61,941 bases of DNA, filler included, from Pirum gemmata (GCA_002812295.1; 19 parts of 19 records of this genome joined end to end with filler, not necessarily neighbours in it), one strand, 5' to 3'; positions 24,940-37,194 are shown, numbered from the whole stretch's first letter. Made by a program: numbers and translations. Notes: generated by a model not told the origin, from the sequence alone.

Positions 24940-25947
24940 TTAAGCCTTTGAAATGATAAAGTTTACTTGATTAACATCCCGTACTAAATGAACATTAACA
25001 TCCCCACGATATCGGGAGTAAGCTGGCACCCTAAACATACCACATCGAAACATAATTTTTCCGTTCCTTGCAGGTTTCACATTATAAAAAGATTGCAAAC
25101 TTGCGTCATTTTTAGCTAAGTTACGTCTATCATCAATCATAAGATATAGCTGCATATTTTTGTCACACTTAAACGTACGTTTAAGCTGATGTTCCGCACG
25201 ATGATAAGTGTTATCCCATATCTGGTTGAACGTCCGTGAGAAAAATGAAGCTTGACAAAAATCTTTCAATGCCAATAAAGCTTGCGATAATATAATAGCA
25301 CCAGTTACTGTGTTTTTAATCTTCATTGCCTTACGCGATTCGTCTGAGTACAGGTTTGCTTGTTCTGTAATTTCTTGTTCAATGTTATTGACTTCCCTCT
25401 GGTATTGTTGGTCTAACTCATCAGCATCTCTAGAATATGCTTCGTCTAGCTCCACTTTAACAAAATGTTGAGTAATTTCTTGTTCAATGTTATTGATTTC
25501 CCTCTGGTATTGTTGGTCTAACTCATCAGCATCTCTAGAATATTCTTCGTCTTGCTCCACTTTAATAAAATGTTGAATAATTTTATTATCTATCATCTTA
25601 GCATAAACATAAAAAGCTTGACCAATTTTTCTAGCAAAATCTGGGTGATTCGGGTTTTTATCATTAATTTGTTCTTTAAAAGGAATGCGCATATATATAC
25701 TTTTAAAACTGTTATCATCTTGTTTACAATTGTAGACATAAGGAATGTTATGATAGTAAAGAGCTTTTCCCTTAGCCATTTCTTTATCTAGACCTGTACT
25801 ACGTACTATACCCACGTACTGATAATAATTTGCTACTCTTGTATTTCGTCTCCACTTTTCGTTGACATTCCTTTTCGAAAGTTGTAGTTTAGGCCGTCTC
25901 CCTCCCCACCCTTTTTGGGATGAATAGGAAATGATACATGCGCACAT
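24940..25947 (-). CDS. Orphan ORF (335 aa) with a 35-aa tandem duplication; may continue 25833..26684
   Basis: Long, complex, intronless ORF; QHF(I/V)KVE..EQEIT repeated twice (105 bp). Confidence 0.6.
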   Translation of the reverse strand: MCACIISYSSQKGWGGRRPKLQLSKRNVNEKWRRNTRVANYYQYVGIVRSTGLDKEMAKGKALYYHNIPYVYNCKQDDNSFKSIYMRIPFKEQINDKNPNHPDFARKIGQAFYVYAKMIDNKIIQHFIKVEQDEEYSRDADELDQQYQREINNIEQEITQHFVKVELDEAYSRDADELDQQYQREVNNIEQEITEQANLYSDESRKAMKIKNTVTGAIILSQALLALKDFCQASFFSRTFNQIWDNTYHRAEHQLKRTFKCDKNMQLYLMIDDRRNLAKNDASLQSFYNVKPARNGKIMFRCGMFRVPAYSRYRGDVNVHLVRDVNQVNFIISKA

Positions 25948-26684
25948 TGCGCAACCTTATATCCTGAGTCAACGGTAGCCCTGAATATGACATAATTTTC
26001 CGCGTTATATGTCAACATTTGTAACACTTGAGAATGACTATGCCTATTCTTTTCAGCAAACTGGAAAAATGATACTGTACTCCCAAGAACACCACCTAAT
26101 CCTGCTAAAGGTAGGATTAAAGGCAGAGCGGCGGTAGCGGCTTTACCTGCCGTGATCACCAAAGGAATACCCGCAGCTGCTGTAATACCGATACTACCAC
26201 AAACACCACCTGCTATAATATATTGAGCACTACAGTGTGCTCCATGTGATTCCTCTTTGTTAATATCGGTAAAAGTTTCAGCCAAAACTTTGAACGAGTT
26301 ACCAAAATTACTATCCCGATCTTCCATATTTTTTTTTACTAGATCAAAAAACTTTTTTTCATATTTCATTTCAGTGTGTATATATTTCTTGTTTCCACCT
26401 ACAATTGCAGTGTCTACTTCAGTGTGTATATATTTCTTTACAATTGCAGTGTCTACTTTTACTATAGTGCCTTTTATGAGCTTATCTAATACCAATGCCA
26501 TGGAAACCACGAAGGTACGCAGACCAAGAGTTTTAACGGTTTGCGTTAAAGAAGGTAAAGATTTTGCGTTAAGTAAATTTTCTGGTAAAAAAATAGAATT
26601 CCCTTTGTAGTTGATTACATGTCTTTTATCCCCATACAATAAATCTTTTACTAATTGTTTTTCTTCTTTTGACAAACTTTTCAT
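25833..26684 (-). CDS. Orphan ORF (283 aa) with a Gly/Ala-rich hydrophobic hairpin
   Basis: ATG after an AT-rich leader; IIAGGVCGSIGITAAAGIPLVITAGKAATAALPLILPLAGLGGVLGS; internal repeat VDTAIV..KKYIHTE twice. Confidence 0.6.
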   Translation of the reverse strand: MKSLSKEEKQLVKDLLYGDKRHVINYKGNSIFLPENLLNAKSLPSLTQTVKTLGLRTFVVSMALVLDKLIKGTIVKVDTAIVKKYIHTEVDTAIVGGNKKYIHTEMKYEKKFFDLVKKNMEDRDSNFGNSFKVLAETFTDINKEESHGAHCSAQYIIAGGVCGSIGITAAAGIPLVITAGKAATAALPLILPLAGLGGVLGSTVSFFQFAEKNRHSHSQVLQMLTYNAENYVIFRATVDSGYKVAQCAHVSFPIHPKKGGEGDGLNYNFRKGMSTKSGDEIQE

Positions 26685-26839
26685 TACTACATTGTATATA
26701 TTATAATTATAAATAGCATTAATAAATTTTTAAATAACAACAACAAAAAACAGATAGATGTGGGTACACACATACATGTAAAAGTGCCACAGTATTCGAA
26801 CAATTACAATTTGCAAAAAGTGTATAATAGACGTTAATT

Positions 26840-26953
26840 AGGAGGGGTGAGAACTCTTACGGCGAACTTTTTTGACCGAGGCACAATTTCCCGCACAAAG
26901 TAAATGTTGTTCGCCTGTTTCGCCTTACCATATTTAGTATTTGTAATTATTTA
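26840..26953 (+). mobile_element. Left end of a long-TIR element related to family E, cut by the scaffold end
   Basis: AGGAGGGGTGAGAACTCTTACGGCGAACTTTTTTGACCGAGGCACAA; an inverted match lies at about 27070-27135. Confidence 0.65.
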
Positions 26954-27053
26954 NNNNNNNNNNNNNNNNNNNNNNNNNNNNNNNNNNNNNNNNNNNNTTA
27001 ATTAATTAANNNNNNNNNNNNNNNNNNNNNNNNNNNNNNNNNNNNNNNNNNNN

Positions 27054-27135
27054 CCCATTGAGATATCACCACACGAACAACATTTACTTTGTGCCTCGGT
27101 CAAAAAAGTTCGCCATAAGAGTTCTCACCCCTCCT
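27054..27135 (-). mobile_element. Right end of the same long-TIR family
   Basis: TTGTGCCTCGGTCAAAAAAGTTCGCCATAAGAGTTCTCACCCCTCCT is the near reverse complement of 26840 onward. Confidence 0.65.
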
Positions 27136-27334
27136 TTGCAATGATTGAATTTCCTATTTCGTTACTAATAATTTTTGTTTAGACTGGTCTATAGAAGTTC
27201 TATAGACTATAATAAATATTTTTAAAAAATTTAATTTAATATTTTACTTAAAATACTTATTTATATTATTATAAATTTTATAAATTATTTTGTATCATAT
27301 CATAAACATTATTAATAATTATGATAATATATTA

Positions 27335-27545
27335 TCGTGCTTTTCATTTATTTTGTCGCTATGAATATTTATTTGGAGGGTTATAATATTTAAATTGATA
27401 ATTTTAAATCAATACATAGATAATAAAATATACCAAAAGTATATATCAAATGGATTTATATTGTATTTATTTGGTACTATTTATTGTATATTTCATGATA
27501 ACAAAACAACGTTAACTAGTATTAATTAAAATACTGGAAAGCATA
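27335..27545 (+). mobile_element. MITE family B, followed by family C material (about 27556-27839)
   Basis: Starts TA|TCGTGCTTTTCATTTATTTTGTC. Confidence 0.8.
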
Positions 27546-28101
27546 TAATAAATAAGTATTGTGTTTTCCAATTATGGTTAAACTGTCAGACATGTTTTAA
27601 TTAATTTGATATTAATATTTTAATTTATGCTTAATTAAAATGTTGTATTTAATAAACAAGTTCAGTTTTCTAATTATGGTTAAATTGTCAGACATGTTTT
27701 AATTAATTTGATATTTTAATTTATGCTTAATTAATGTTGTATTTAATAAACAAGTTCAATTTTATACTTTTACATAGTATACTTACCAAATTAAAGATTG
27801 AGAGGACAACGTTAACTAGTACTGTAATGAAATAAACGATAAATATTATATGAATAGAATTTGAATAAAAAAGGTATTAATATTATTATTAATAATAATA
27901 CCAGATCTAGAATCATTACCTATTATAAATGATATATAATATTAATTATGATATATATCATTTATAAAAATATAATAAATATAATAGCAAAGAATTCATG
28001 AACATGATATAATATGAAGTCCTTGATATAATAATTATGTATTAATAATATTTTTTATAGTTTAATTAATTTATTTTTATAATAGTCAAAATTTTGTTAC
28101 G

Positions 28102-28355
28102 ATGTGCTTTTCATTTATTTTGTCATTAATTAAATTTTTGTCACTCTGAATATTTATTTTGTTGGTTATAATATTTAAATTGATATTTTTAAATTAATAA
28201 TTAGATTATAAAATATACCAAATTAAATAAAATGGATTTATNATATTTTACGATGTGTTAAAAACCTGGGGATAACCACTACGCTAGCTTGATCAAGCTA
28301 GCGTAGTGGTTATCCCCAGTTTTTTAACAGATGACAAAACAACTGAAAAGCACTA
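28102..28355 (+). mobile_element. MITE family B hosting a nested palindromic element
   Basis: Both family B ends present; insertion at GATG. Confidence 0.8.
28256..28329. mobile_element. 74-bp palindromic mini-element, TGT..ACA ends, 4-bp TSD (Ginger/TDD-like)
   Basis: 37-bp arms with one mismatch and no loop; GATG duplicated at 28252-28255 and 28330-28333, whereas other family B copies have a single GATG. Confidence 0.8.
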
Positions 28356-28536
28356 CCGGTATAATATAGATGTTTGTCTAACTGCCGGTAAGTTCTACCA
28401 GTAAATTCTAACTACCGGAAGTCATCATGTTTTTTGTTGAGAAAAACCAAACACACAAACCGACACGCGAACAAAGAGAAAAACCAAACACACAAACCAA
28501 CACGCAAACAAACACGCGAACAAACAAAGATCGCAA

Positions 28537-28696
28537 AAACTCAGCGAAACCCGCAGGGCGAAAAACTACCCGAAACCCCGGAAAACCATAAACACAAAAA
28601 GTGTAACTGTGTAACCCATGTTGCACAAACTCAGCGAAACCCGCAAGGCGAAAAACTACTCGAAACCCCTGAAAACCATAAACACAAAAAGTGTAT
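28537..28696. repeat. Tandem duplication, 90-bp period
   Basis: AAACTCAGCGAAACCCGCA..GAAAACCATAAACACAAAAAGTGTA at 28537 and 28627. Confidence 0.85.
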
Positions 28697-28880
28697 TAAT
28701 TAATATTAAAATTAAATTTTAACCCATGTTCCACCAGAAACAGAAGAAAAAATTCTCTTTAATTTTAATATTATTATTAATTTTATCAGAATAATAAAAT
28801 ACCTAAAACTTAAAGCAGCAACCAAACCTACCAACCCCAACCAAACCTACCAACCCCAACATTTTTCAATAGACTAGCTA

Positions 28881-29065
28881 TAGTGCTTTTCAGTTGTTTT
28901 GTCATCATAAAATAATATAATAAATAGTATCAAATTACTACAATATAAATCCATTTGATTTAATTTGGTATTTTTTATCTATGTATTGATTTAAAAATAT
29001 ACCAATTTAAAGATTATAACCCTCCAAATAAATATTAAGAGTGACAAACTAAATGAAAAGCGCTA
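28881..29065 (-). mobile_element. MITE family B, full length
   Basis: TAGTGCTTTTCAGTTGTTTTGTCA..TGACAAACTAAATGAAAAGCGCTA. Confidence 0.85.
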
Positions 29066-29389
29066 GACTATAGTACTACTATATATAGTGTTTTACTAAA
29101 ACGTTTTCAACGTTGTACAGTTCAAAAACTGAAATAAATCTTAAACATACCAGATTATTATCATTGTTAAACAAATTTTAATTATTTGGCATTTTATACT
29201 TAATGCTGTATTTTATAAACAAGTTCAATTATACACTTAAACAGTAGCAAATTAAAGATTGAGAGGATATTATTATGATAATAATATAATATTAATACTT
29301 GATAGCTAGTATTAATATTAATTAATAGTAGTATTAATAAACCCCCTCCCGTCTACTGTTTCCCTATGGACAAAAATTTATGTATACTC

Positions 29390-29900
29390 CTCAAATATTA
29401 TAAATGATATAATATATTATTGAATATATTATTAATATAATTATTTATTATATATTAATTTATCACTAATATAAAATAAGCATATTTAATATTATTGTTA
29501 TTATAATATATAAATAAAATAAACTATGCATATCCATACCAATAAAAATTACACTAAAATTGCATTCTGGCAAATAAAATAAACTACGCATATCCATACC
29601 AATAAAAATTACACTAAAATTACATTCTTGAAAATTTCAACTCCATTATTACAGTAACCATAGCAAAAATTTATGAATAAATTGTAAGTAAATCCTCAAA
29701 TATCATAAATGATATATTAAAATTATATTAATTAATCACTGATATAAAATAACCATAATATAATTATTATTATTATTTTATCAATAAAATAAACTACGCA
29801 TATCCATACCAATAGAATTTAAAATTACTTTTTAAAATTACACTAAAATTGCATTCTGGTAAATAAAATAAACTACGCATATCCATACCAATAAAAATAA
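29390..29900. repeat. Nested tandem repeats
   Basis: AAATAAAATAAACTACGCATATCCATACCAATA four times within a larger duplication. Confidence 0.8.
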
Positions 29901-29998
29901 TTACACCCGCTCTCAATTTTGAAAAAAATGGTTATTTTTTGGCTATATCTTTTTTTGGCTCGAATATTTTTCGAGCAGGATAATTTCGAGCTATTGAA

Positions 29999-30083
29999 AC
30001 CCTAACCCTAACCCTAACCCTAACCCTAACCCTAACCCTAACCCTAACCCTAACCCCAACCCTAACCCTAACCCTAACCCTAA
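29999..30083. repeat. (CCCTAA)n interstitial array
   Basis: Directly visible, with non-telomeric sequence on both sides. Confidence 0.92.
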
Positions 30084-31339
30084 AACTTTTCAAACTTTTT
30101 CAAACCACCAGAAAATAAAAAAATTAGTAACAACACTAAGTCTCTTAATTAAAATTANNNNNNNNNNNNNNNNNNNNNNNNNNNNNNNNNNNNNNNNNNN
30201 NTTAATTAATTAANNNNNNNNNNNNNNNNNNNNNNNNNNNNNNNNNNNNNNNNNNNNAATAATAATAATAGTAATAATAATAATATAACAAATAACACGT
30301 TTTCTAATAGAACCACAGTTAATTAAACTTAAAAAGTATAAAAATATCTAATAAAAGTAACTGTGAATGAATTATCTCTATTGCAAAAGTGTAACCGAAA
30401 AAGCAAAATTTCGAATTGCTAAATGATAAAAGTTCGGTAATGACAACGTCAAAAATGACAGTTAGTACAAGCTATTTATTTAGATAGATAATATTGATAA
30501 AAGATGATTTTATTATAATTATGTTCGATATTATTGTTGTAAAACAATCTTTGTGGGCTTTTCGCTTAAGATTTTTTGACTTTTTCGCTTGATCTAATTT
30601 CGGGGTTAACATAGCTGTTAACATGGCCAAATATGAAATAAATGTTCTGGTACAACACATATAATAATCTCAGCAGAATGCGAAGAAGTTGTGTAGAAAA
30701 CAGGTTCATAACAGAACAATTTTTTTTTGCAAACTCACCAAAACGCCTAGCCCCATGATTAAAAAAAAAAAAAAAAACTTCTTAATAGAGAAGCTTTATT
30801 TTACTGTAACAATTAAGAGAAAAGAAAATTATTTGAATTTTCGGGCTTTTCTTGTTAAAATGCAAATTTTGATTATATTGCAATTGCACTGCTTGCGTTC
30901 CAAATTAATCGAAAATAATGAATTTTTTAGTGCATCATCATATCATAGTTTGGATGGGACAGCGAAAACGATTCAGTGGTTATAGAACTTTAGTTTGGGT
31001 GATGGTTAGGTTATAGCTAGTTTTTGAAAGATGGGTAGCTATTTAAATGTTATGGGTTTCCATTTATACCATATATGATACCAGATCCCACTTTTAAGTC
31101 ATAATGAAGTTATATAGGTGGTGGCCATTATAAAATACACAATGCAAGTGATTTTTCTGGTGCACGAGGAACGAAATCAATCATGGTCATGTAAAATTTA
31201 ACCAATCACTACTCTTTTTTTCCAAATTCTTTTGAAAGTTTTTTTTTTCCCTTGGATCTTTTTTCTAAAAAATAAAATAACATATTCCGAGTAATCGTTT
31301 CAAAATATTGTTTGGCGTGATTCGCTAAACCTATCCTAA

Positions 31340-32803
31340 CTAAACCAAACCAAATCCTTTACCATTCTCTATAGCAGTGGTTAATCGGTTCTTTAATTTC
31401 GATAAACTGGTATATTCAGGAAGCAATAGGCGACTGAAACAAGTCAAAGCAGTTGGAAGTCTATCGGAGTCTGGTCCATTCCTCTGGATGACAAAGGTCA
31501 TGTTTGATAGCCCTGTTATAGGAGCTCGATCACTACCTGTTATTAACGTAATGGAAAGGGTAAAAGTAAGTAAATGATAAGGTTTAAACTATAGGTTGAC
31601 TGAACAATACAATATAAGGTTGGTAAAACTTGCAAGCCTTGTGTTAAGGTTATACCTGTCACAAAATGTAGAAGTTGCTTTTTCTGTTCTCCGTTATATT
31701 TTCGAACTACAGACCAGAACATTTTAATAGTTCGATGGTTGGCATGGTAACCATCATCGTAGGTGGCAGTTTTCTCAAGTGCCACAAAATCTAGTTCAGG
31801 AGAACCACAGATTAAAACTTCTAATTCTTCAGAGGTACATAAACTCTATAAGTTTAAAGTGTAATTAATGAGATTAAATTCGCACGTTTTTTAAAAGCAA
31901 ATAATACTATACATTTCAGAATCAAAAGAAAAAAAAATATAGTAACAACAACAAAACCAGTATCAATAATGACAAATATAATAACAGTAATCAACAAGGG
32001 AAAGTTTTCAATAATGTATAACAATATCAAAACAACCACTGTTATACCAAAGCTGAGCCACCGCAAACACGATGAAACCCCCTGGAGAATCTTTCGAACT
32101 GCTTTTTTATAGAACTGCTTAATAAATGGTCTACGTATAACTGTAAAGAGAAATGAAAATAAAATTGCATTAATTTATTGCTACATTTTACGATTTTCGC
32201 AGTAGCATATTCATTCAGAGATATGTAAAATTTAATAGTTATAGACAACTTCACAAACCTACACAAATATATATTCAACATAGTTTAATAATGTAGATAA
32301 TTTAACAAACCTTTACAAACTCATTTTTATTTTGGTCGGTTACAGGAAGATCACCACCATTTGGAATCAAATCGATGTACTTAGTTTCTCCATACTATAA
32401 AACATATAAGAATGCAATGGTGTACATTAATAATACAAATAGACGCAAATAAATATACATTTTGTTTCAACTTGGAAGAACTTCATTAATTTTTTTTTTT
32501 TTTTACAGTGATATAAATAAGAAGAACTTACTTGAGACTAATTTTCTATTTAATTAATTTACAATGGACTGGTTAATTAATACTTCATAATAGAGAAACA
32601 AATAATAAATGCCCTTATAAACAGATACCATACATTAAACCGTATGATTTACTTCAACTATTAACTTACCTGAACATCTACGATTTGAAATGTATAGCAG
32701 AATACGTCTTCTACACTACCATTTATTGGGTCCCAGTCTAGTAATTGTTGCAAAGATTTTCCAAGTCGTGGTTGAGACTGCTTTAAATCATGTAAAGTGG
32801 GCT
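31340..32803 (-). CDS. HECT-domain E3 ubiquitin ligase, last five exons (UBE3A/HERC/HECTD2-like)
   Basis: Exons 32803..32670, 32394..32311, 32140..32048, 31845..31656 and 31536..31340, all GT-AG and in frame: DLIPNGGDLPVT, ELEVLICGS, LLHFVTGSDRAP, RLPTALTCF (catalytic Cys), terminal GFGLV*. Confidence 0.93.
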
Positions 32804-33559
32804 CTTTGATTATATATTACAAAATCAGAGGTAGAAAATTACTTTTAGGAATTGTACTCATTTAACAATACCAAATAAACAAACCGAAGAATTATTTTTA
32901 ACATTTACAGAATGTTGGATCAAAATATTGGTAAATATACAACAGGAAGTACAGGCATCCAATTATACAATTTTTTTTAAAATATTTTTTTTTTAAATGG
33001 TGGTGAAGATCCTCCCATAGTGAAAGTTAAACCTTGTATTACGCTTTGTGAAAGTATGGGGTTAACGACTAGTCTACTTTGACCAGATAATAAAAGTAAT
33101 AAAATAGAATACTTGGTTATGTTTTTGTTAATTTTTTTAAATTTACAATAAACCTTTTAATTTAAATCGTTATGATCGTTACAAGGTTCAGACCCTTTTA
33201 AAGACGGTTTTAGAAATAGGAAAACAAATAATAAAATAAGAGGAAAATTAAAGAGAAGAAAAGAACAAAGAAATAAGGCCAAATAAAACCTTTAAGAGTG
33301 TTATAATACGTTGTAAATGTTACCGAACCGNNNNNNNNNNNNNNNNNNNNNNNNNNNNNNNNNNNNNNNNNNNNTTAATTAATTAANNNNNNNNNNNNNN
33401 NNNNNNNNNNNNNNNNNNNNNNNNNNNNNNTTATTATTTTTATTATTATTATTATTATCATTATTATTATTATTATTATAATTTTTGTTAATTTTATTTT
33501 TATTCTTATTCTTATTATTGTTAATATTTATATTGTTGTGTTTTCAATTTGTATTATTT

Positions 33560-34145
33560 TTGAAGTTTATATCTATTAAGAATTCCTTGAGTGTGTGTGT
33601 GTGATATTGTTATGATCTTTTGTTATATTTCTATTGATCCCTGTTTGTTTTGAATAAGATTTTTGGAATATTTGATGGTGTAGAGGTTTCAGTGCCTAAA
33701 TTTGCTGTAGTGTTTAAGTTGTTTAGTTTATTTTGTTGTTTTTGTTGGTATATGTTTTCAAGTGTGGTCATTATCTTGTATTTTTGTGTTAGTTTCTGCT
33801 GTTAAGGTGTTGTTGATGTGTTGTGTTTTAGCTGTTGTTGGTGTTTGATTTTTTTTGATTGTTGTTTTTGTAATGTGTTTTGAAATGTGATGCATTCATG
33901 TGATATTTTTGTTTTGATTTCTTGTAGGTTGTTGAAGGGAGTTTCTTGTTTTTTGTGATTTTTGATTATATTTTTAATGTTGTTTTGTAGTTATGTGTTT
34001 TGATTTATTATGTTTTTGTTTATTTTGGGGTTATTGAGTATTCTGTGGGTATGCTGTTGGATAGTGTGATAGATACTAGGTGGTGGTCAAAAATTGGTTT
34101 TAGAGTTATGTTGTTGATTGATGATTCTATTATTTTTATGTCCAT
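33560..34145 (-). pseudogene. Decayed L1/Tx1-like non-LTR retrotransposon ORF2 fragment (end of APE endonuclease plus linker)
   Basis: The A/C-rich minus strand gives FDHHLVSITL (similar to the SDH motif), then, after stops and shifts, LQEIKTKISHECITFQ (similar to the L1 W..K..I...CI linker). Confidence 0.45.
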
Positions 34146-35217
34146 TAGTTTGTTTATGCCAAAAAAACCTATGATAGCCAAAAAAACACTAATAAATTTG
34201 ATAAATCTCTAAATTGTGTGATTTCCTTTTATTACCCGCCAACCATTTTCCCTGGACCATTTTCCACCTTAATTTAGACTAAATTCACAAAACCAGTAAA
34301 AAAATAGAAAATGAACCACTTTTGGAATAATTCTTTAAATTTCATCAATATTGTTCTCGTATGATAGCATTATTATTGTCATTTGTTATCGAAATAAAAT
34401 TTTACTGATGGCCGTGAAAATTTCGCAAAAAACTTTTGGGAAATTTTATTCTAGGAATATTATTTCCCTACTAGCTAGGATAGTGATAGCTACTAGGCCC
34501 ATTTCCCGAGGCCCATTTCCCGAGCGCGGCCCATTTCCCCACAAAACTAACCGGAAGTGCACAAATCTTTTTTTAAAAAAACTTCTTTTCTAAATAAAAA
34601 CCAGCCAAATTATTTTTGCTAACTATAGTAAAAATCATTTTTTAAAAACTGGCCATTGATAAATAAATATTTATAAAAGCTATCAATTTTTTAATTTGCT
34701 TATCCTGTTTGAAGTTCAAAATGAAAAGCAATCAATAACAAGTGGAACTGACACTTTAAACCCGAGGCAACAATTTTTTGATGACATATACAGGACTAGA
34801 CAGTTTAACAACTAAAGAATTTAGTATTCTCAGTAGTAAATTAGTAGCTAAAATAAACTAGTGACAATACGATAATACGAACTACTATTAGTATCTAACA
34901 CGTCGGCATAGAATAAGCTTTTTTTAGTTTTTTTTTTAGTTGGCTAGTTCTCCTACTATTTATATTAGCTCTCGACATTTTAACAACAGTATTTTTTTAA
35001 ATAACTAAAAGGTTGGTGCAAGGGATTATTTTTCTACATTTATTGTAGATGCACTGGATTGTTATTCAGCTACATGAAGTTGTTTATAAAGGGTGAGGCT
35101 AAAGACGTGTTGCAAAGAGCTTATTAATGTGGTCTATGCGTTTCGTCTACAGGGTTTTTGTAAATCAACTTTCTTTACATAGTATATCATTATCATCTTC
35201 GTAATTTACTACTCATT

Positions 35218-35477
35218 TCATTGATTAACGCAGACAAAATTAATCATTGTTCTACCGTGGTCTTTGTCTTTAATTATATCGTTCACTAGTATATTCCATC
35301 CATTGAACATTGTAGATAATTCATTTCGTTCCAATACATTGTGAACTTTAGGGTGATCAAAATTCCAATCAGACAGTTCAGATTCTTTGCAAAAATGGTT
35401 AAGAGCAAAAAAATATTTATTCCTTGTACTACTATTATCATTATTATTATTATCATTACTATTATTACTATTATTAC

Positions 35478-35519
<42 letters not shown>

Positions 35520-36331
35520 AGTTGGTGCTGGTATTGGGAGAATTACAGAGAAGTCCTGTTTCAGCAATACTTTTAAACAATTCTCTATTCAAATAACGCA
35601 CAGCATATATTAAAACAGAATTGTCACCACTCTCGGAATTGCAACGGACGAAATTCCAAAACAAGTCAATCTTCCTTAAATCAATATTTTCGATTTTAAT
35701 GAATTCAACATTATGATTTTTAAATAGAGCCTCGCCCCTTTTCTCTGCACTGCAGTGCCGATCTAAACCAAAAAACCTTATATATTTTTCTGGATTGCGT
35801 ACTTTCGCACGCTCGGCTAAAAAGCACAAATCTCGAGCAGAACCACATCCAAGATCCATAACAACACTCACCTAACCAGAAAATTTTAGCAATTAAGTTA
35901 GTGACAAGCATCTTTTTATTTTATTCCTAAAAACAAATAATTACTAATCATAACAATAACAACAATAGTAACCATAATGACCATGATAATAATAATGGCC
36001 GCCAAGATGACCGTAATAATAATAATAATAATAATAATAACGGATACTGGGCAATGGATTTGGATAATGGATAATTTAAAAGATAATGTAACGTATGTAT
36101 TTGTATTAATATTTACTAAAAATTGATCTCAGCACTTATATTTAATAATATTTTGTTTAATCACAATATGGTCTTTATATATAAAAAGTACTATAATATA
36201 TATACATTTTTTAGTAATATGACATACCTCTTTCTGCAGTTCATCAAGGTGATCTGCAATCAAATCAGCAGGTTCCCATAACCTTGGCATGTACTTTAAC
36301 TTTGTATCTGGATTATTTTCACTCTGATAGT
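35218..36331 (-). CDS. Class I SAM-dependent methyltransferase (TehB-like), 3' exons
   Basis: Exon about 36331..36228 (PRLWEPAD, donor GAG|GTATG) and exon 35871..35218 with motif I VMDLGCGSARD, GLD and AVRYLNR. Confidence 0.8.
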
Positions 36332-36605
36332 CTAAAGGTAACTCGGAAAAAAATTGATCATTAGCGATAATCACAAACGCTATTAGCCAAGGTTTTCTTA
36401 TTGAATTATTTTTCAATTTACCTATAGTGAAAAAAATCAAAAATCAAAATACTATTGTTTTTACAATTATTATTAACGTAAATATTATTATTATTATTAT
36501 TATTANNNNNNNNNNNNNNNNNNNNNNNNNNNNNNNNNNNNNNNNNNNNTTAATTAATTAANNNNNNNNNNNNNNNNNNNNNNNNNNNNNNNNNNNNNNN
36601 NNNNN

Positions 36606-36803
36606 AACAGATGCTTATCGAGCCAACCTTAGTTCCGTGTTCCTTACTAACAATAGCAGTTAAGTAGCTTAAAATAGTAAATTTAATTATAGTAGGTACC
36701 AATTAAAGTAATAATATGGACATTAATAGTAATAAAACCATAAAATCGGAAAAGTTCCGGCAGCTGTTCGGTAATAATAAAATGACGTCATCTCGCCCCT
36801 ACT
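36606..36803 (+). mobile_element. MITE family E, 5'-truncated by the scaffold edge
   Basis: Aligns to 56022-56250; ends TCATCTCGCCCCTACT. Confidence 0.85.
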
Positions 36804-36872
36804 ATTTTGACTATGATACTTCTTCTACCCAGCTAGCTAGCTATTGATACTAACTACTAGAACTATCATACT

Positions 36873-37009
36873 TAGTACCAAATTAATAAAATATAAATCC
36901 ATTTCATTTAATTTGGTATATTTTATTATATATTTATTTATTTAAAAGTATCAATTTAAATATTATAAACAACCAAATAAATATTCAGAGTGACAAAATA
37001 AATGAAAAG
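36873..37009 (-). mobile_element. MITE family B fragment
   Basis: Reverse-complement alignment to 39133-39306. Confidence 0.8.
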
Positions 37010-37055
37010 AACAATAGTCTTGTAGTCTTATAATATTATTATAATAGTATGATAG

Positions 37056-37194
37056 GGGAGCTTTCAAATACTTACGTAACGCCAATTTCCAGTCAAATAC
37101 AGCTTCAAATACTCCTACCTACCTACCCCCCCGACGTTAATTTCCGGTCAAATACCACCTTCCTACCTACCCCTTGACGTGACGTATTATTTGA
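37056..37194 (-). mobile_element. MITE family A
   Basis: Reverse complement of 38606-38750, one end truncated. Confidence 0.85.

Noticed and set aside
26840..27135. One element spanning the linker, implying true adjacency
   Set aside because: The flanking 8-mers do not match as a TSD and the linker is artificial.
28881..29065. Family B as a CACTA/EnSpm element
   Set aside because: The motif is in the wrong orientation (starts TAGTG, ends CACTA/CACGA) and the flanks are TA.
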